Origin: Dimorphilus gyrociliatus
Lineage: Eukaryota; Animalia; Annelida
Length of the DNA: 64,000 bases
Assembly (NCBI GenBank): GCA_904063045.1
Contig: CAJFCJ010000002.1
Span: 4,149,891-4,213,890 of the forward strand
Direction: 5' to 3'
Shown here piece after piece: positions 13,701-35,992 of the stretch. The notes below the pieces were generated by a model. That model did no database searches. It was given only the letters and a program-made list of their open reading frames with translations, and was not told the DNA's origin. Numbering within the stretch: the stretch's first letter is position 1; each line of letters opens with the position of its first letter. The position numbers were made by a program, and so were the translations under genes.

Positions 13701-16199
13701 TCATAACATTTAATTACAAATTGCATGTTAGGCTAGCACTACAAAAGTTCTCTACTTTCCAACTAAGAATAAAGAAAGTAAGACTTGCTTTCAAAAATAT
13801 TTACATGTTGGGAGAAATGAAGAAGAGAGTAAAGGCTTTTGATAATATTTTATGCTATTTACATGAATATATTTCATTTATAAATGTATTATTTTCAAAA
13901 AGTAATCAAAAGTTGGATTATATTTTCCCTACGAAACTAGATTTATATATTTTTATTCTTTAATGAACCAATACCTACATTTGAATCAGAAAGGAAATTG
14001 CTACAAATTTATTAAAGTTTACTTTGAGCCTAAAGGAAAAAAATCCAATATTTTCAATAGTAAATTTAGAAATTAGCCAAGAAAGAGAAAGTCTTTTATT
14101 TCCCACTTTATTCTTTTAGGTAAAAAGAGAAAAAGATTGGCTTAGAAATAGATATATTCCTTCTAGAAAAGTCCCGTCAAAATGGAAGAAAGGAAAAAAA
14201 TTATGAAGTAAAAGCACATAAAAAAAGGCTATAACACAATGCTTTTAATAACATACGAATTGTAAAAATGTAAGTGTTAGTTCTATTTGGTTTGGTTTTT
14301 GGTTTTAGTTGCTGTATAAAAATCTTCTGAAGAAGAAAAAAAAGAATTTTTGGGTGCACCTCATACTAAATAATGCTCTATTCATGGTTAATACAAGCTG
14401 TTTACGATTCGTGACCTGAGTTGTAGTTGCTCTTAGAACGGGAACTAAGAATGAATAATCCTTTTTAAATGTGATTATATTGTAATATCTTCAATAAAAA
14501 CACAGTAATATACAGTATATATATATAATTAATTACAATATTGTATTAATATGCAATTATCTTCAAATTCTACTAGTTCAATTTGTTGATATGATTTGTG
14601 AATGATTCTATATAAATGATAGTGTTAAGGCGGCTACAAGCTACTAAAGTAAGATATGACTTTTTACTACGTATGAGAATAATAAAGTTCAAGAACTTTT
14701 TATCAATTCAAAGAGTAAATTAGAGAGAACGTGACAGCTAAATAGGGTAAAAACAGGGTGTGCTTGAAATAAAAAGTGTCTAACTTATCTTTGTTTCTAG
14801 AGAGCACAGGCGAAGGTGTGTTCATGGGTGTGTATGTGTGTGTGTGTGTTAACGTACAGTATAAATTTTAGAAGATGAACTGATAAAGCTTCCACGTGCC
14901 GGTATTAACTTATTTAGCCATTAGCGCAAATGGATGTACGACTTAAAGGGCACATTAGGGGCTTAACTATATATACAGTATCTATAAGTTTTTTCACCGG
15001 AAAATCTTTTAGCATTTCCTGCAACTCTCAGGAAGCCTTAAAGTTACAGTTTTGATTAAAGTTTCAAATGTATAAGAAGATTGCAATATCATTGATGAAG
15101 CTCGTAATTCTTCATAGAGAAATATCATTCCATAAATATCGTATTACAGGTTATTAATTAAGAAAAACCTATTAGTGACTAATTTAAAAACAAATATTGT
15201 TTCGGATTATTAATCTACTTATTAAGAACAATACCATGCCCTATATATTGTTATAAGGATAAGAAGTTTCTATATAAATAGATATATAATGCAGTTGTAT
15301 ATTATATAATGCTCCGTATACAGTAGATTTATATATTAATTCTCCTTCCTTCTATTATCATTCTTTATATTCTTTTAAGATATCTTTTTTTACCAATTTA
15401 AGACAATTCTACAGATAAATCTTTTAACATGTTTTACCATAAAAAACAATTCACTGTCGTCTCTCTATCTATTTCCGTTCGATCTCTCTACTTATAGACA
15501 TATTTATATATATATATTCCCATGCGATTTCTTTTAGTATTTCATTCATAAACGAACTTAGGGTATTGCACGAAAGTCAGGGAATTTTGCAGGCGCTATA
15601 TCTTTCTGAGGGAGTAATTATGCAAATAAAATTGAATATTTCTGCAGAGATGTGTTTGGACAGTAAATTTTTATAAAATTTCGTCAATTTGCTCATATGA
15701 AGTGAAAGTCATAGAGAAATCAATTAAGAAACGCTCCTTAATTAAATTCTGGGAAATTACTGTGGTTACGTGCTCCAGCTTTCTGTACAAATTATGTAAG
15801 GACAACGTACAAAGGTTATTTAATGTATAGTCGTTCATACGTCCAGGTAATTAATAATAATGTACTCTTAAGAAAATATTCATTTGTATTATAGGCCTAA
15901 ATTAGAATGATTATCGGACTATATATTTTTTCGCTACAGAATATTCCTTTTAAAGTTAGTTAATATGCCTGGACTGGCTCCGCATCGATGACTGCGCTAC
16001 CTCTCGGAAGATAATAAAAGTCTTCGGCCTCGGTCGAAGAAACGATACTTCTAATTACTGAACGTCAATGCTCCGAATATAAGGGGCGTCACTTGTTGCG
16101 TTTCTGATTAATTTTAACAAGAAAAGAAATTCCTAGTCTTATTTCAATTCTAATAGAAAATATCAACTTTTCTCCTAACCTTCTCTCACTCCCTATCTT

Positions 16200-16202
<3 letters not shown>

Positions 16203-16272
<70 letters not shown>

Positions 16273-16301
16273 ATATATATATACCTTATATATATATATA
16301 T
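16203..16301. repeat. Compound (CT)n(AT)n microsatellite with CCT interruptions
   Basis: Directly visible. Confidence 0.92.
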
Positions 16302-17440
16302 ATTCTACTTTAAATTCCTTTAGCTTTAGATTAGCCATAGAAAGAATTATTTAGATGTTTTCAATTAACAAAAAGACAATATTTAACATCACAAATTATG
16401 ACAAATTGAAAAAAAAATGGATGCCGAAATCGTTGTATCTTCTATCTATAAAGATTTTACAACATTTTTCTTCATTTTTTTAAATAATATAAACAGTGAC
16501 ATAAGATTTGTTGATCTTATTAATCATCATATCTTTTTTCCTGTTCCCTCTATTTTTCTTCGATTTAACCCTTATTCTTCTATTGATTTCCTGTTTTTTG
16601 TATCACAAAAGTGTTATAAAAAAAACATTGATGATACTATTATTTTTTCATATGAATTGTAAAAGTTATGTTAAGCTATTGGTAAATCTTTTTAGTATTA
16701 ATTTAATATGGCATAGTCTCTTTCATTAAACTCTTTTATTCTCTCTGGTTATTATTAAATTCAACAACTTTTTACCTTCCTTGTACTTATTTCTACTTCC
16801 GGGTTTATTATTTCCTTAATACAAACTGAAAATAAACAGAAGTTTTCCTTTAAAGATATTTAATTGGTGAACTACTTGAATATGTCAATCCTCTGAAGTT
16901 GAACAATTTAACCAATGTGTTAAATGACTAATAAAAAGAAATAGAAATCGTCATTCCTAGAAATTAATACGTTGTTTTCATGACTTTCGCTTTGGTATAT
17001 GATTGTACGCTTAAATATTATGAAATATTTGTTATATAACATTGTCTAAATGTGTTTTTTTTATATGTGTTATACATTCGAAGTTCTTTAAGTACAATTG
17101 GAACTATATTGTATTGAGCGGTATAATTTGTAATGTGTCTCATCGGCGTTCTATAATCCATTTTTTAGAATCAAATGACAGGAAACTTAAAAGATCATTG
17201 TATTTTTTTGTTATATATAATAAAATACCGTCAAAACTTTACGAATAAATTATAAACACGACTGAAGGGGTCTGATTGGTTAGATTCGCCAGCGCCACGT
17301 ATATTGCTAGCCAGTATTTAGTTAGACCGTACATCGACTGCATAAAATTGTTGTATAGGTACCACACCCAGCTTTATGCAATTTATCTCACGCTTTACCT
17401 ACATTTGAGATATTGATAACATCAATAGGAAAGCTTAGAA

Positions 17441-26577
<9,137 letters not shown>

Positions 26578-27337
26578 TCCGTTCAAAAAAAAAACCAGAA
26601 GTGATATTACCAGACTACCTAGGCTGTTTTCAATTGTTTATATTATATAATGTAATAACTGGACCCGTTTTTCTAATTAGGTGCTCGTTAATGCTTACTG
26701 TACATGTTGTAGAAAAAAAAATAATTTTTGAGCCATTGAAGCTGTTAAATATTCAGTTTATAATTTTTTGCTTGGGCGTTTTTTTTTTCCAGCTCTTGAT
26801 TTGTTCGATGTACAAACTTAAACTCAAGCAAAATACTCGAACATAACGTTCTAGTCATAAGCACTTTGGCATTCAAGTAAAAATTCACTGGAGCATTGTT
26901 CATGTGTAAGTGTGTTGTTGTGTACTTTTTACAGTACTAGTCATTTGTTGTGCGTCGATTTTACTCTGAAAATTATTTGTCATAAATTTAAGTGAATGAG
27001 TAGTCAAATAATGGCTTTTAATATACTTTTAAAGAAGATTGACTTTTTTTTTTTTGGTTTTCTCCTTTTTTCTTTATTTTTCCAATCTATGTAATTTAAA
27101 ATTAAAGGAAGAGAATAATTAATTAACAAGATAACTCTTAATAAATTATAAATAAAGAAAAAAGTCTTTTTTTTATTAGAAATATTTACCATCTTAAAGA
27201 TTCTTACTATTTTCTGGCTGCATATGTAAAATATACTTTTTCTGCATTTTTTTTTTATACGAGAGAAGAAGGAGCGATTTAAGATGGAGGTAGAGAATTA
27301 GTGAATGAGTGAAGTAATAAATGAGAGGAGAGTTTGT

Positions 27338-27338
27338 A

Positions 27339-27372
<34 letters not shown>
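27338..27372. repeat. (TG)n(AG)n microsatellite
   Basis: Directly visible between the convergent GRK and semaphorin 3' ends. Confidence 0.85.
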
Positions 27373-27373
<1 letters not shown>

Positions 27374-28218
27374 AGAAAAATATATATTCAGTAATTTAAA
27401 TGTCTGTTCGGATTTATAAGTATATTTATGTCCATGTGCTTATATGAATAAATGGAGAGATGTAGAGATGATTTAAGGATTAATTAATAAATAAACTACT
27501 AAATTATCGTGTATACTTTGCACGTGATTGTATAAAATAAACTGTTCTATGAAAATGAAACCAATATATAGACGGCCTTAATAAGCAAGAAAAGTAAAAA
27601 TAATCATTTTTTCTCCCTCACAACCTAATAATAACCTTTACTTTAAAGGTAGCAGAATAGGTTTTCTTTTTTTTGTTATACCTTACAAATGTTAAATATA
27701 TAAAAATGATAAAAATACTATTACAAAGAGAGTTTATCCATGTAGACCAATTATATTCATGCACATAAAACGTCTATTTATATCATAACTTATATAAAGA
27801 ACAGTGGTTTTTTTTTTGTTTATAGGATGAACTATGATTGTGACGTATCTCTTTCATTTTAAAAAAAAATCTATTAAATAATAAGTTATTGAATAAAAGA
27901 ATTTTATATAAGTTTTTTATGTTTTTCTTAATTATATCTCTAATAATACCATATACTGTATAATTAAAGTTGTTTAAATATTTTATTCGGAAATTTCCCA
28001 TATGTTGATTAAGTAAATACGTACTATATATTGTATTTATTATATTTTAATTATTAAGGACAGTGATATTTATTTGTAAATAAAGCAGTTTTTTTTTATC
28101 ACAGCTACGAAACACGTTATTGTAACAAAAAAGGAAGCACGCTTATTCTTTTTCTTATTAGTATATATACAAAATACAGAATATACAGTATATGCATATA
28201 TACATATACTCAGTCTTG

Positions 28219-31200
28219 TTACCTATTGTTTGAAACATCTGTATATTTTCTGTGTTTTTCTTCACAAACAACTCTCGCTTCTTTTGAATAACAAGTGTCC
28301 GCATCTGAGTTTTGGCAGGAATTCTACAATTTAAGAGTATTATTAAATAGAAAGACATAATAATTATTTCCAATTTTAACTTACTTCCATACACTTCCAT
28401 ATATTGAATGCCAGTGTATATTCATCAAACTTCTGACACCATTTATTAAATTCATCCCTCCAAATACATTCGGCATCATTTGGATTACAATCTGAGTGAC
28501 AATGATAAAATAATTAATTCAAAGAGAAAAAATTAATTACTAGCACCCAGTAATTCATCTATTTGCTTTTTAAATCTTTGTTAAAAGCTGAATTTAAAAC
28601 CACTTTTACATACGACAAAACTAATTAATTCTTTTTTGTCTCTTTAATCTTGTCTTGAAATCAGGGACATTGTTTTATTCTTATAATTGTTTATAATTTT
28701 AAAGACTAAAAGATCGTTTCAAATACGGTATAGTTAAATAGCTTTGTAAACGATCATTTTATTAGGCATAACTTGATTGAGATATGAAAAAATTCCTATT
28801 TTAAGCATAAATGGTAAATTTTTTTTATAATAAGTTGTACTTGAGGCGACTTTCGTGAAAAGCTAAAAAAGAAAAAAGAGAATTTCCTCTCACCTGCAGT
28901 AATGACTTCCCAGATTGAGAGAACTATATTGAGATTCCCTGTTACACAAGTAAAAAGACCCTTTTCCGCAGAGGTCACATTCCAAACAATCAGAGAAAAT
29001 TCTTTATTAATTGTATATTTTTTATCGTTAAACGTTAGCTCTTCTCCATTCTTAAACCAGCGAACTTTATCGTCTACCACGTTGCAGTAGGATTCGCAGG
29101 ACATTAAAATATCTGTATTAGTTCCTCTAACATATTTTTTTCTACTAAGTATATCTTTATTCTCCTTTATGCATGCATTAGATGATAATTTAATAGCTTG
29201 AATACTTCTAGCTTTGGACAAATCTTTTTGCATCATTCCATTTGAACATTGTACGTGAACAGGGGCTGAAAGTGAGCCGCCAGGGTATTTACAAGTATTC
29301 TTTATCGAATCCCATGAGCAGTCAGGATCAGATAAACAACTTGTACAAGTGGAGTAGCTTGCACAAAGCTCTTTTAAACTTAATTTACCGACATGCGCGT
29401 CTGTGGTAAAATAAATTGAATTTCCGTGCAATTCAAAAGTGTTATAGAAATCTTCTTCAAGGGATGAGTCGAAGGGATAGATTTCGCTTATATCATCAAC
29501 AGAACCATTGACCTTTAGCGCAATTTTGGATATTCCTCTTGTATTTGTTGTTAGGTAAAAGATCTTTTCATCTCTATTTGAAGTTTCATCCACAGCAATA
29601 TGATTCCAGATTATACCGGGTTTGGATAAGGTAAAAGGTGTTTTAATCAGAGTATCATGCTTTATTGTTGTTTTTGACAAATATTTACGAACTCTTTCCT
29701 CATCGACAATGGATTTTGATGAAGGTCTACATATGCCTGGTTTGTAAGGAATATCTTTAGGAACAGAAGAAGGAATAAGAAAAGATAATGAATTCTCTGT
29801 TCTTTTTTCGTAAAATGTATCAACATTAAGGGCGTTGTTGATTTCAGATAAAGAGTAAGAGCAAACGCCAGTTTGTGAGGATTTCTTTCTATTAAACGAT
29901 TAATTAAGTGATTTAGAATTTTAGAATAAGTTGTAAATAATTTATTTTACCCATTGTTCTTAAAAATTCCATAAAATCTCTCACCATCTTCGCTTATTGT
30001 TAGTGCTATTAGTTTATTATAGATGACAGTTTGGTCCGGAGAGAATTTTTCATCGCTTTGACAAACTAGTTGTACTTTTACAAGACTTGACCATCCACCT
30101 AAACTGGAATCTTTCTGCAAATTATAAAATTCTATTATGTTAATCTATTCTAGAGAATTTCATGAATAGTAAAGTTTTTCTATGTTTTTTTGGTTTCTAT
30201 TTTACCTTACAAACTCGAGCAACACGAGCTACCAATTGACTTGGTTCGGATTTTGGTGGCGTATATTCTAATGCTAATTCATTAAAAAAATAGAGTAAAT
30301 AATCTTGGTCTTTAACTTCAACCATCTTTATTACTGTTGTATGACCTGAAGGAGAAAAACAATGTTGTTTTAAAGTCCGATAGATGGCGCCATTTGTCAA
30401 CATATGGTATCTCATTACTTACTGGAAGGCTGAAACAGATTTTCATTACCCACATTAGAGCCAAGCTTAGATATCCTTTCTTCAGTTACGTCAAACTGGT
30501 AACGCCAAAGACGGTTGTAAAATTTAAAAGCCTCAATCTCCAACATTCTACCAGCTACATATACAGCCGGCTGATTTTTTGGTGTCCCTTTATCGGTCAC
30601 CACCATTGATCTTGTAAACTTCCTCTCGGGAGTTTCAAGACAAAATATTTTACCACTTGGCAATTGCTTTCCTTGTGGAACTTCCTTAATTCTTAGATTT
30701 CTTTTCTGTATTAAAAAAATTGATAGTGATTAAATAGGTCTATAATGGAAAGCGACCAATTGATTAACTGCCATTTCTCCTACTCTTATTCCGCCCTCCC
30801 TTCTTATAGAATACAGTATTATTAACAGCAAACCAAGTTTTACTGCCTTTCTTTAATGCGTGTAGCTAATTTATATGTACATGACTCGAGTGAAAATACT
30901 ATAAACCTATATAGAATTTTCCTTATCGACCTCTTTATTACATGGTATAAGGTTTATAATTACAGCCTAATTATTACTTGATAACAAAGAATCATAGAAA
31001 TCTATATAAAAAATACATATATATATATATATATACTTTTTAATTATACTTACGTTCAATACAAACAGCTCTGGACTGGCGTAATTTGTTCCGCAAGTTA
31101 TTATTTCCTCTTCATAATCTACTTTATAACCGTCTCTGACTAATTTCTCCACCGGTGTGTCAATACCAACAAAATTTATAAAATTCTGGCCACATATTTC

Positions 31201-31770
31201 GCTTGCACCTTTAGCATATTCTCGACATATTTTGGCTTTTGAAGCGCTTTCCCTTGTTAATTCTTCAGATTTAACGGGATTTTTATGTAGGTCTGATAAG
31301 GAAAATTTGTGCAAGAAGCTCCTGTAGTAAGAGAAAAGATAAAGAGTAAACCATTATTAATATGACTAAATGTCATTTCCTTCATGTTCGATAAATAACA
31401 AAAGTTCAATCTTAGAGTAAATTAATCTTATTTATTCTATTTCATTAATACTTTGGATAGTAAAAAAGTCAAATGTTTAGTAAACAAAAACTAAAGAGCT
31501 TGATAGAGAACAGAGGGTGTGATAATTCATTGTTCTCTTTCATCCTCTTCACCTCTCTTTTTTCTAAAGGTAATAGTGACATCTGTTTGCCATTTTTTTG
31601 TAAACTTATATCGTTCTATACTGAACAAGAGAAAGCGAGAATAGTAGGCTTATCTCTGTGCTAAATACTTTCTAAGTTTCCTGTTTTAGTACTTTTCCGA
31701 GTTCAGGAAGTAACGGAAGCATTTAATTAAACGTATTTTCTTCCAACACGAAAGATAAAGAAAAAAAGCA

Positions 31771-31815
<45 letters not shown>

Positions 31816-33247
31816 AAAAATAAAATTGGATTATAAAGAAAGTATAAACAATGTTACAACCAGTTAACAGTTTTAATGAAACAAGACGAAGAAAAATCAG
31901 CTTGGAAGATGATGAGCACAAATAGAATTAAGAAAATAGTAAATTATGTGAAATAATCTAGTTTGTTGACATACTAAGAGGCCATGGGCCTAAAAATAAA
32001 AAAATAAATTAAAATAAATGGAGCATAGTGTTATTTATTTTACCAAAGGGCATAAAAGAATAGCTATAAAAAAATACTCGTAATGTGTCCCTTATTCTTC
32101 TAAAGGAAGGTTAAATGGCAAGTCAATGAAAGTAAATTCAGTTTATTAAAAAGTGAAGGCGATGAATAATCAGTTATTCCCTTCAAGCCAGAAGGAAATG
32201 CTCGACTTGCTTATTTCCTTTAATTAAATTTTTTATCTTAATCATTAACAATTTATTAATTTCCTATTAATTTTTACGGGAAATGATTAATTAAAAGACA
32301 AAAAGTCTAAAACATTCATACTTTATTTTTTTAATAAAAAAAAATATCTTGTAAAACTTTAGTTATGAAATATTTTATTACTATTATTATTATTGCAAAA
32401 AATGTCACTAGATGGCGTACTATTGATAAAGATTTCTTTTTCGCTTTATATATATATATATAGATATATAAAGTAGATACATTTAACGATATTCAATAAT
32501 TTCTTTTTTTCGCTGTTCTCTACGATTTGTATTAAAGGAATCTATATTTAAAAGAATGCAAAGTCGATTCGATTTTTTTAAATAGAACATCTGTAATTCC
32601 TTCAACTATGATTATATAATCCCTTTTCCTCCTATTGTTATTATTATTACCATGAAAAATTTATAAAAAAAATGACTTATCCCTCTTTTTCACACGTTTT
32701 TGTTTAATAATAAGAAAAAACAAAGCAATACAAGATAATTATATTAAATAGGCCTATACTAAACATGAATAAGAAAAATATACTTACTTTGAGCCGACAT
32801 AAAATATTCCATCTTTTGGGACAATTTTCATATATCGAAAGTAGCTGAGCTCATTGTTTTCAGTGTAGATTTGCAAACCTATAATTAGATATTACTTAAT
32901 TAGAAACAAATTATAAGTAACATCTGTTGAATTAAAGATGTCCGATTGGGCGGCGCCACGAACAATACTAAGCCTATTACGAAGGATTAATTTGTTTTGA
33001 TGCTATGCAGACCTATTACGATTCCCCGGCGGTGAATATACAAAATGTGACAAACAAAAGCTCTTAAATAGAAATATTGTTACTAAAAGCATACAATTTA
33101 AGTACAAATTTATCAACCTATTGAAAAAGTATCGTAGCCACTTCAAAGAGATTAATTAGTCAGTCTATTCTCACCTTTAGCAAACGGGGGGTGGATTAGG
33201 CTAGAAAATTGGATGAAAATTATAAAAGGCGATTGATTGGTAGTCAT
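28219..33247 (-). CDS. sema2: Class-2-like secreted semaphorin (Sema-PSI-Ig, no TM), about 741 aa, divergent
   Basis: Exons 33247-33175 (putative signal exon, least certain), 32878-32788, 31321-31054, 30705-30423, 30345-30206, 30114-29951, 29888-28894, 28491-28385, 28323-28219, all phase-consistent (2226 nt). Motifs FYVGS, CGTNY, ARVARVCK, WSSLVKVQLVC, GVCSYS, KPGIC, PSI domain CASYSTCTSCLSDPDCSWD, Ig domain, and C-terminal WCQKFDEY resembling the Sema-2 WCHEFEKY tail. Confidence 0.85.
31774..31812. repeat. (GA)n microsatellite in a semaphorin intron
   Basis: Directly visible. Confidence 0.9.
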
Positions 33248-33704
33248 TTTTCAGTTCCTTTGGGATTTCTTTCTCAGAGTTCGACTTATAGACTTGCTCT
33301 CTTCTTCTCTCTTATAGTCGACAATATATCTACAGAACTATAAGTTTTCATCCAATATTATCGACTTATATCGTCGTATTTTTCATTATGTGGCCTTTTT
33401 TTTGTATAAAGAGAGACGATATATACAGTACATACAGTATATATATATATATATACTCTTAACTTTAATATCTAAAAAATAGAAATTAAATATGAATATT
33501 TCTGCTATCATCAAATATTCAAATTTATATTGTAATATATAACCAAAAGTTGCATAAGAAGAGAAATAAAAAAAATCTAATTCATTATGTAAAAAAAATT
33601 TGAGACAACTTGAAAGTCGGCGAGTTCAAGTACTTCTGCATCGTGCTGTTTACTGCACAAGTATACTTAAGAATTCTATGTTGATTTTTCCTTAAATTTA
33701 CTTT

Positions 33705-33816
33705 TTTATCACGTGACTCGAACTACAATCCCCATTGACGGGATGGTGACATTCGTCAATAGCTTGGAAACGTCAAAACTGCCATTATAATCACGTGTCA
33801 ATGTAAATAATGACGG
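33705..33816. promoter_or_regulatory. Dense E-box plus CRE-half-site cluster upstream of the semaphorin
   Basis: Within about 110 bp: TCACGTGAC (33709), TCACGTGTC (33791) and four TGACG/CGTCA half-sites (33736, 33754, 33771, 33811). About 460 nt 5' of the proposed semaphorin ATG. Confidence 0.45.
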
Positions 33817-35976
33817 TTTCTAGTTTTAGCGCCAGTGCACGAGCGCCTGGAGTGTTGAATGATTGTAAATGTATTGTATATATTACATACAGCCTATTTG
33901 TGTATAACACCGATGTAAAAGTGTTTGTAGTGGTTTTGTTCTGCCTTTTTTTTGTTCTAAGTACATCTATAAAGGATTCTCAAACCGGATGCAAGGTTTC
34001 AATATGTTACATAGTCTTCTAAAGACTATTTGTAAAAAAAAATGGCAAAATAGACAATAAACAGTATAATAAAAAAATAAACAAATACCGTGTATTTTAT
34101 AAAAATGATAGAAAAAGTTTACGTTTACGCATTTGCACTCTTTGATGTATTTAGGTGGGAAAAGGGTGTGAAGGAGAGGGGATAAAAGGCGGCATATCAT
34201 AGTCACGTTGATTGTTTGCTTTTTTGTCAAATTTTTCCCTTGAATACTTGCATAAGTAAATAATAAAAAAATCATTGATCGTTTGAAAATTTTTATAAGG
34301 GTCTTAAAAAATAACGTCCTTACAATTTAAACTTATTATCCCATTTTTAACAATAAACTACCCGGGGTTATAGTATTAAAAGGGACGAGCTTTCAAGTTT
34401 TGAGAAATGCGAAGAATTTAATTGGTTTCATTATTAGAGTACTTCAATGGAAACATGGCGTAAAGATTAAAGGAAAGTAAATAGTTATCCCTTGTGGCCA
34501 GGGGAAGTTTACCAGAGCTTCCGTTTTTTTTCCTCTTCCTCTTTTTCTTATTCAATGAACCCCCTAATAATAAACAATGGAGGAAGAATTTTCCTGTGGC
34601 AATTTCAATACCTTTATCAAATAAAGACTGGATTCTGGTTGTAGAAAAGAAACTAATAATTTTGAAACGTGAGCCGCGGGTCCAGCACGTGCGATGTATA
34701 CTATCTATTCGTCTATACATTGAAAATTTCACAAAAAAAAAACAGAGTTTGTCAGCTTTACTAATAGGATTCGTGTTCTGTATAAAAGATGAGACGAATC
34801 GATCGATTGACAATGAAGTAGTCGGTAGAAACTTGCATTAAATGCTCTACGCTCAGTCCGCCTGTGCTTAAGCTCTTTTTCATGGATAGGTCTATCTAAA
34901 TATCTATCTATCAATCTACCTATCTCGATCTTTCTATCATGCTTTACACATGGCATTTGCTATCCAGCTTATCCTACATAAATATATCTATATTGTCTGA
35001 AAAGCTTGCAAAGGTATAATACCCACTCTTTCGCCAAGAAGTTTGACAGGCGTCAGATTTCCGTTTGGTACAATAAAGTTGTGTAAGCAATATGTATTTA
35101 TTTATAATAAAATATACTACGATAGAAAACTGAATAGAGAGCATTTTTGAATAAATCATAGGATTATAGAATTTTTCTACTGAGTCAAAAGTAGACTTTG
35201 AACACTTAAAAAGGAACTTTCTAAAAGCTATTGTGTCGTTTTTCACGACAGCAGATGGAAGTTTAAAGAGGAATTCTAACAAATAAGCCTTCATAAACGG
35301 AACTTTTTATAAAGCTTATAGTCAACAACAATTACGTTATATGTATAGACCTAAATTTACTAAAAAATTTCGTATTTTATTGGTAAAAAAAAAATCAGCA
35401 CGACTAACTTTCTAATAAGGCCTACAAGTGAACGATTGAAATATATAAAAAATCGATAAAATTGGTAGGAACTGAACTGATCAATAGAACAATTTAAAGA
35501 TTGAGGAAAACCTTCCACTGTTATACCCTGTAGTATATTACCAATAATAATAAAAAATCCTAGTTCGTTATAGATATGGTATACAATAAAATGAAAATAA
35601 TTCTTAGGCCTAGGTTTTTATGTATAATAAAAATAACAATATAAAATATTTACTGAGTGAAAAAGAAATTAGAAAAACAATATCAATTAAATTATTAATC
35701 GAGAATTTTTATTGTTTAATTTAAATCTAACGGATCTATATAATCTATAACCTAAATATACATATATCTATATATTTCTCCTTTCTCTTTGAGGTAATTT
35801 TATAGATAAACTTTAAAACTAAACATATATTCATTATTAAAAAGTCTTACAGCAAGGAATTCAGTTTCTGACCTTCTTCACTCATAAATATTAATATAGA
35901 ATATAAGCAGTAAGAAACTTGTTTTTGATTTGTGGGGGTGCGTAGGTATATTGAAGAGTAGGGGACAGAGGAGTTA

Positions 35977-35992
35977 GGGGGGGGGGGGGGGG
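35977..35992. repeat. Poly-G tract (G16)
   Basis: Directly visible, flanked by further G4-G5 runs at 35934, 35961 and 36006. Confidence 0.85.

Noticed and set aside
33734-33760. 11-bp hairpin with a GUGA tetraloop
   Set aside because: Better explained as two inverted ATTGACG sites in a promoter cluster. Too short for a miRNA or other ncRNA call.
34418-35294. Overlapping ORFs of 75-131 aa, including a hydrophobic stretch as an alternative semaphorin signal exon
   Set aside because: No recognisable homology. The available donor is phase 2, whereas the next semaphorin exon needs phase 1. Exon 33247-33175 fits better.
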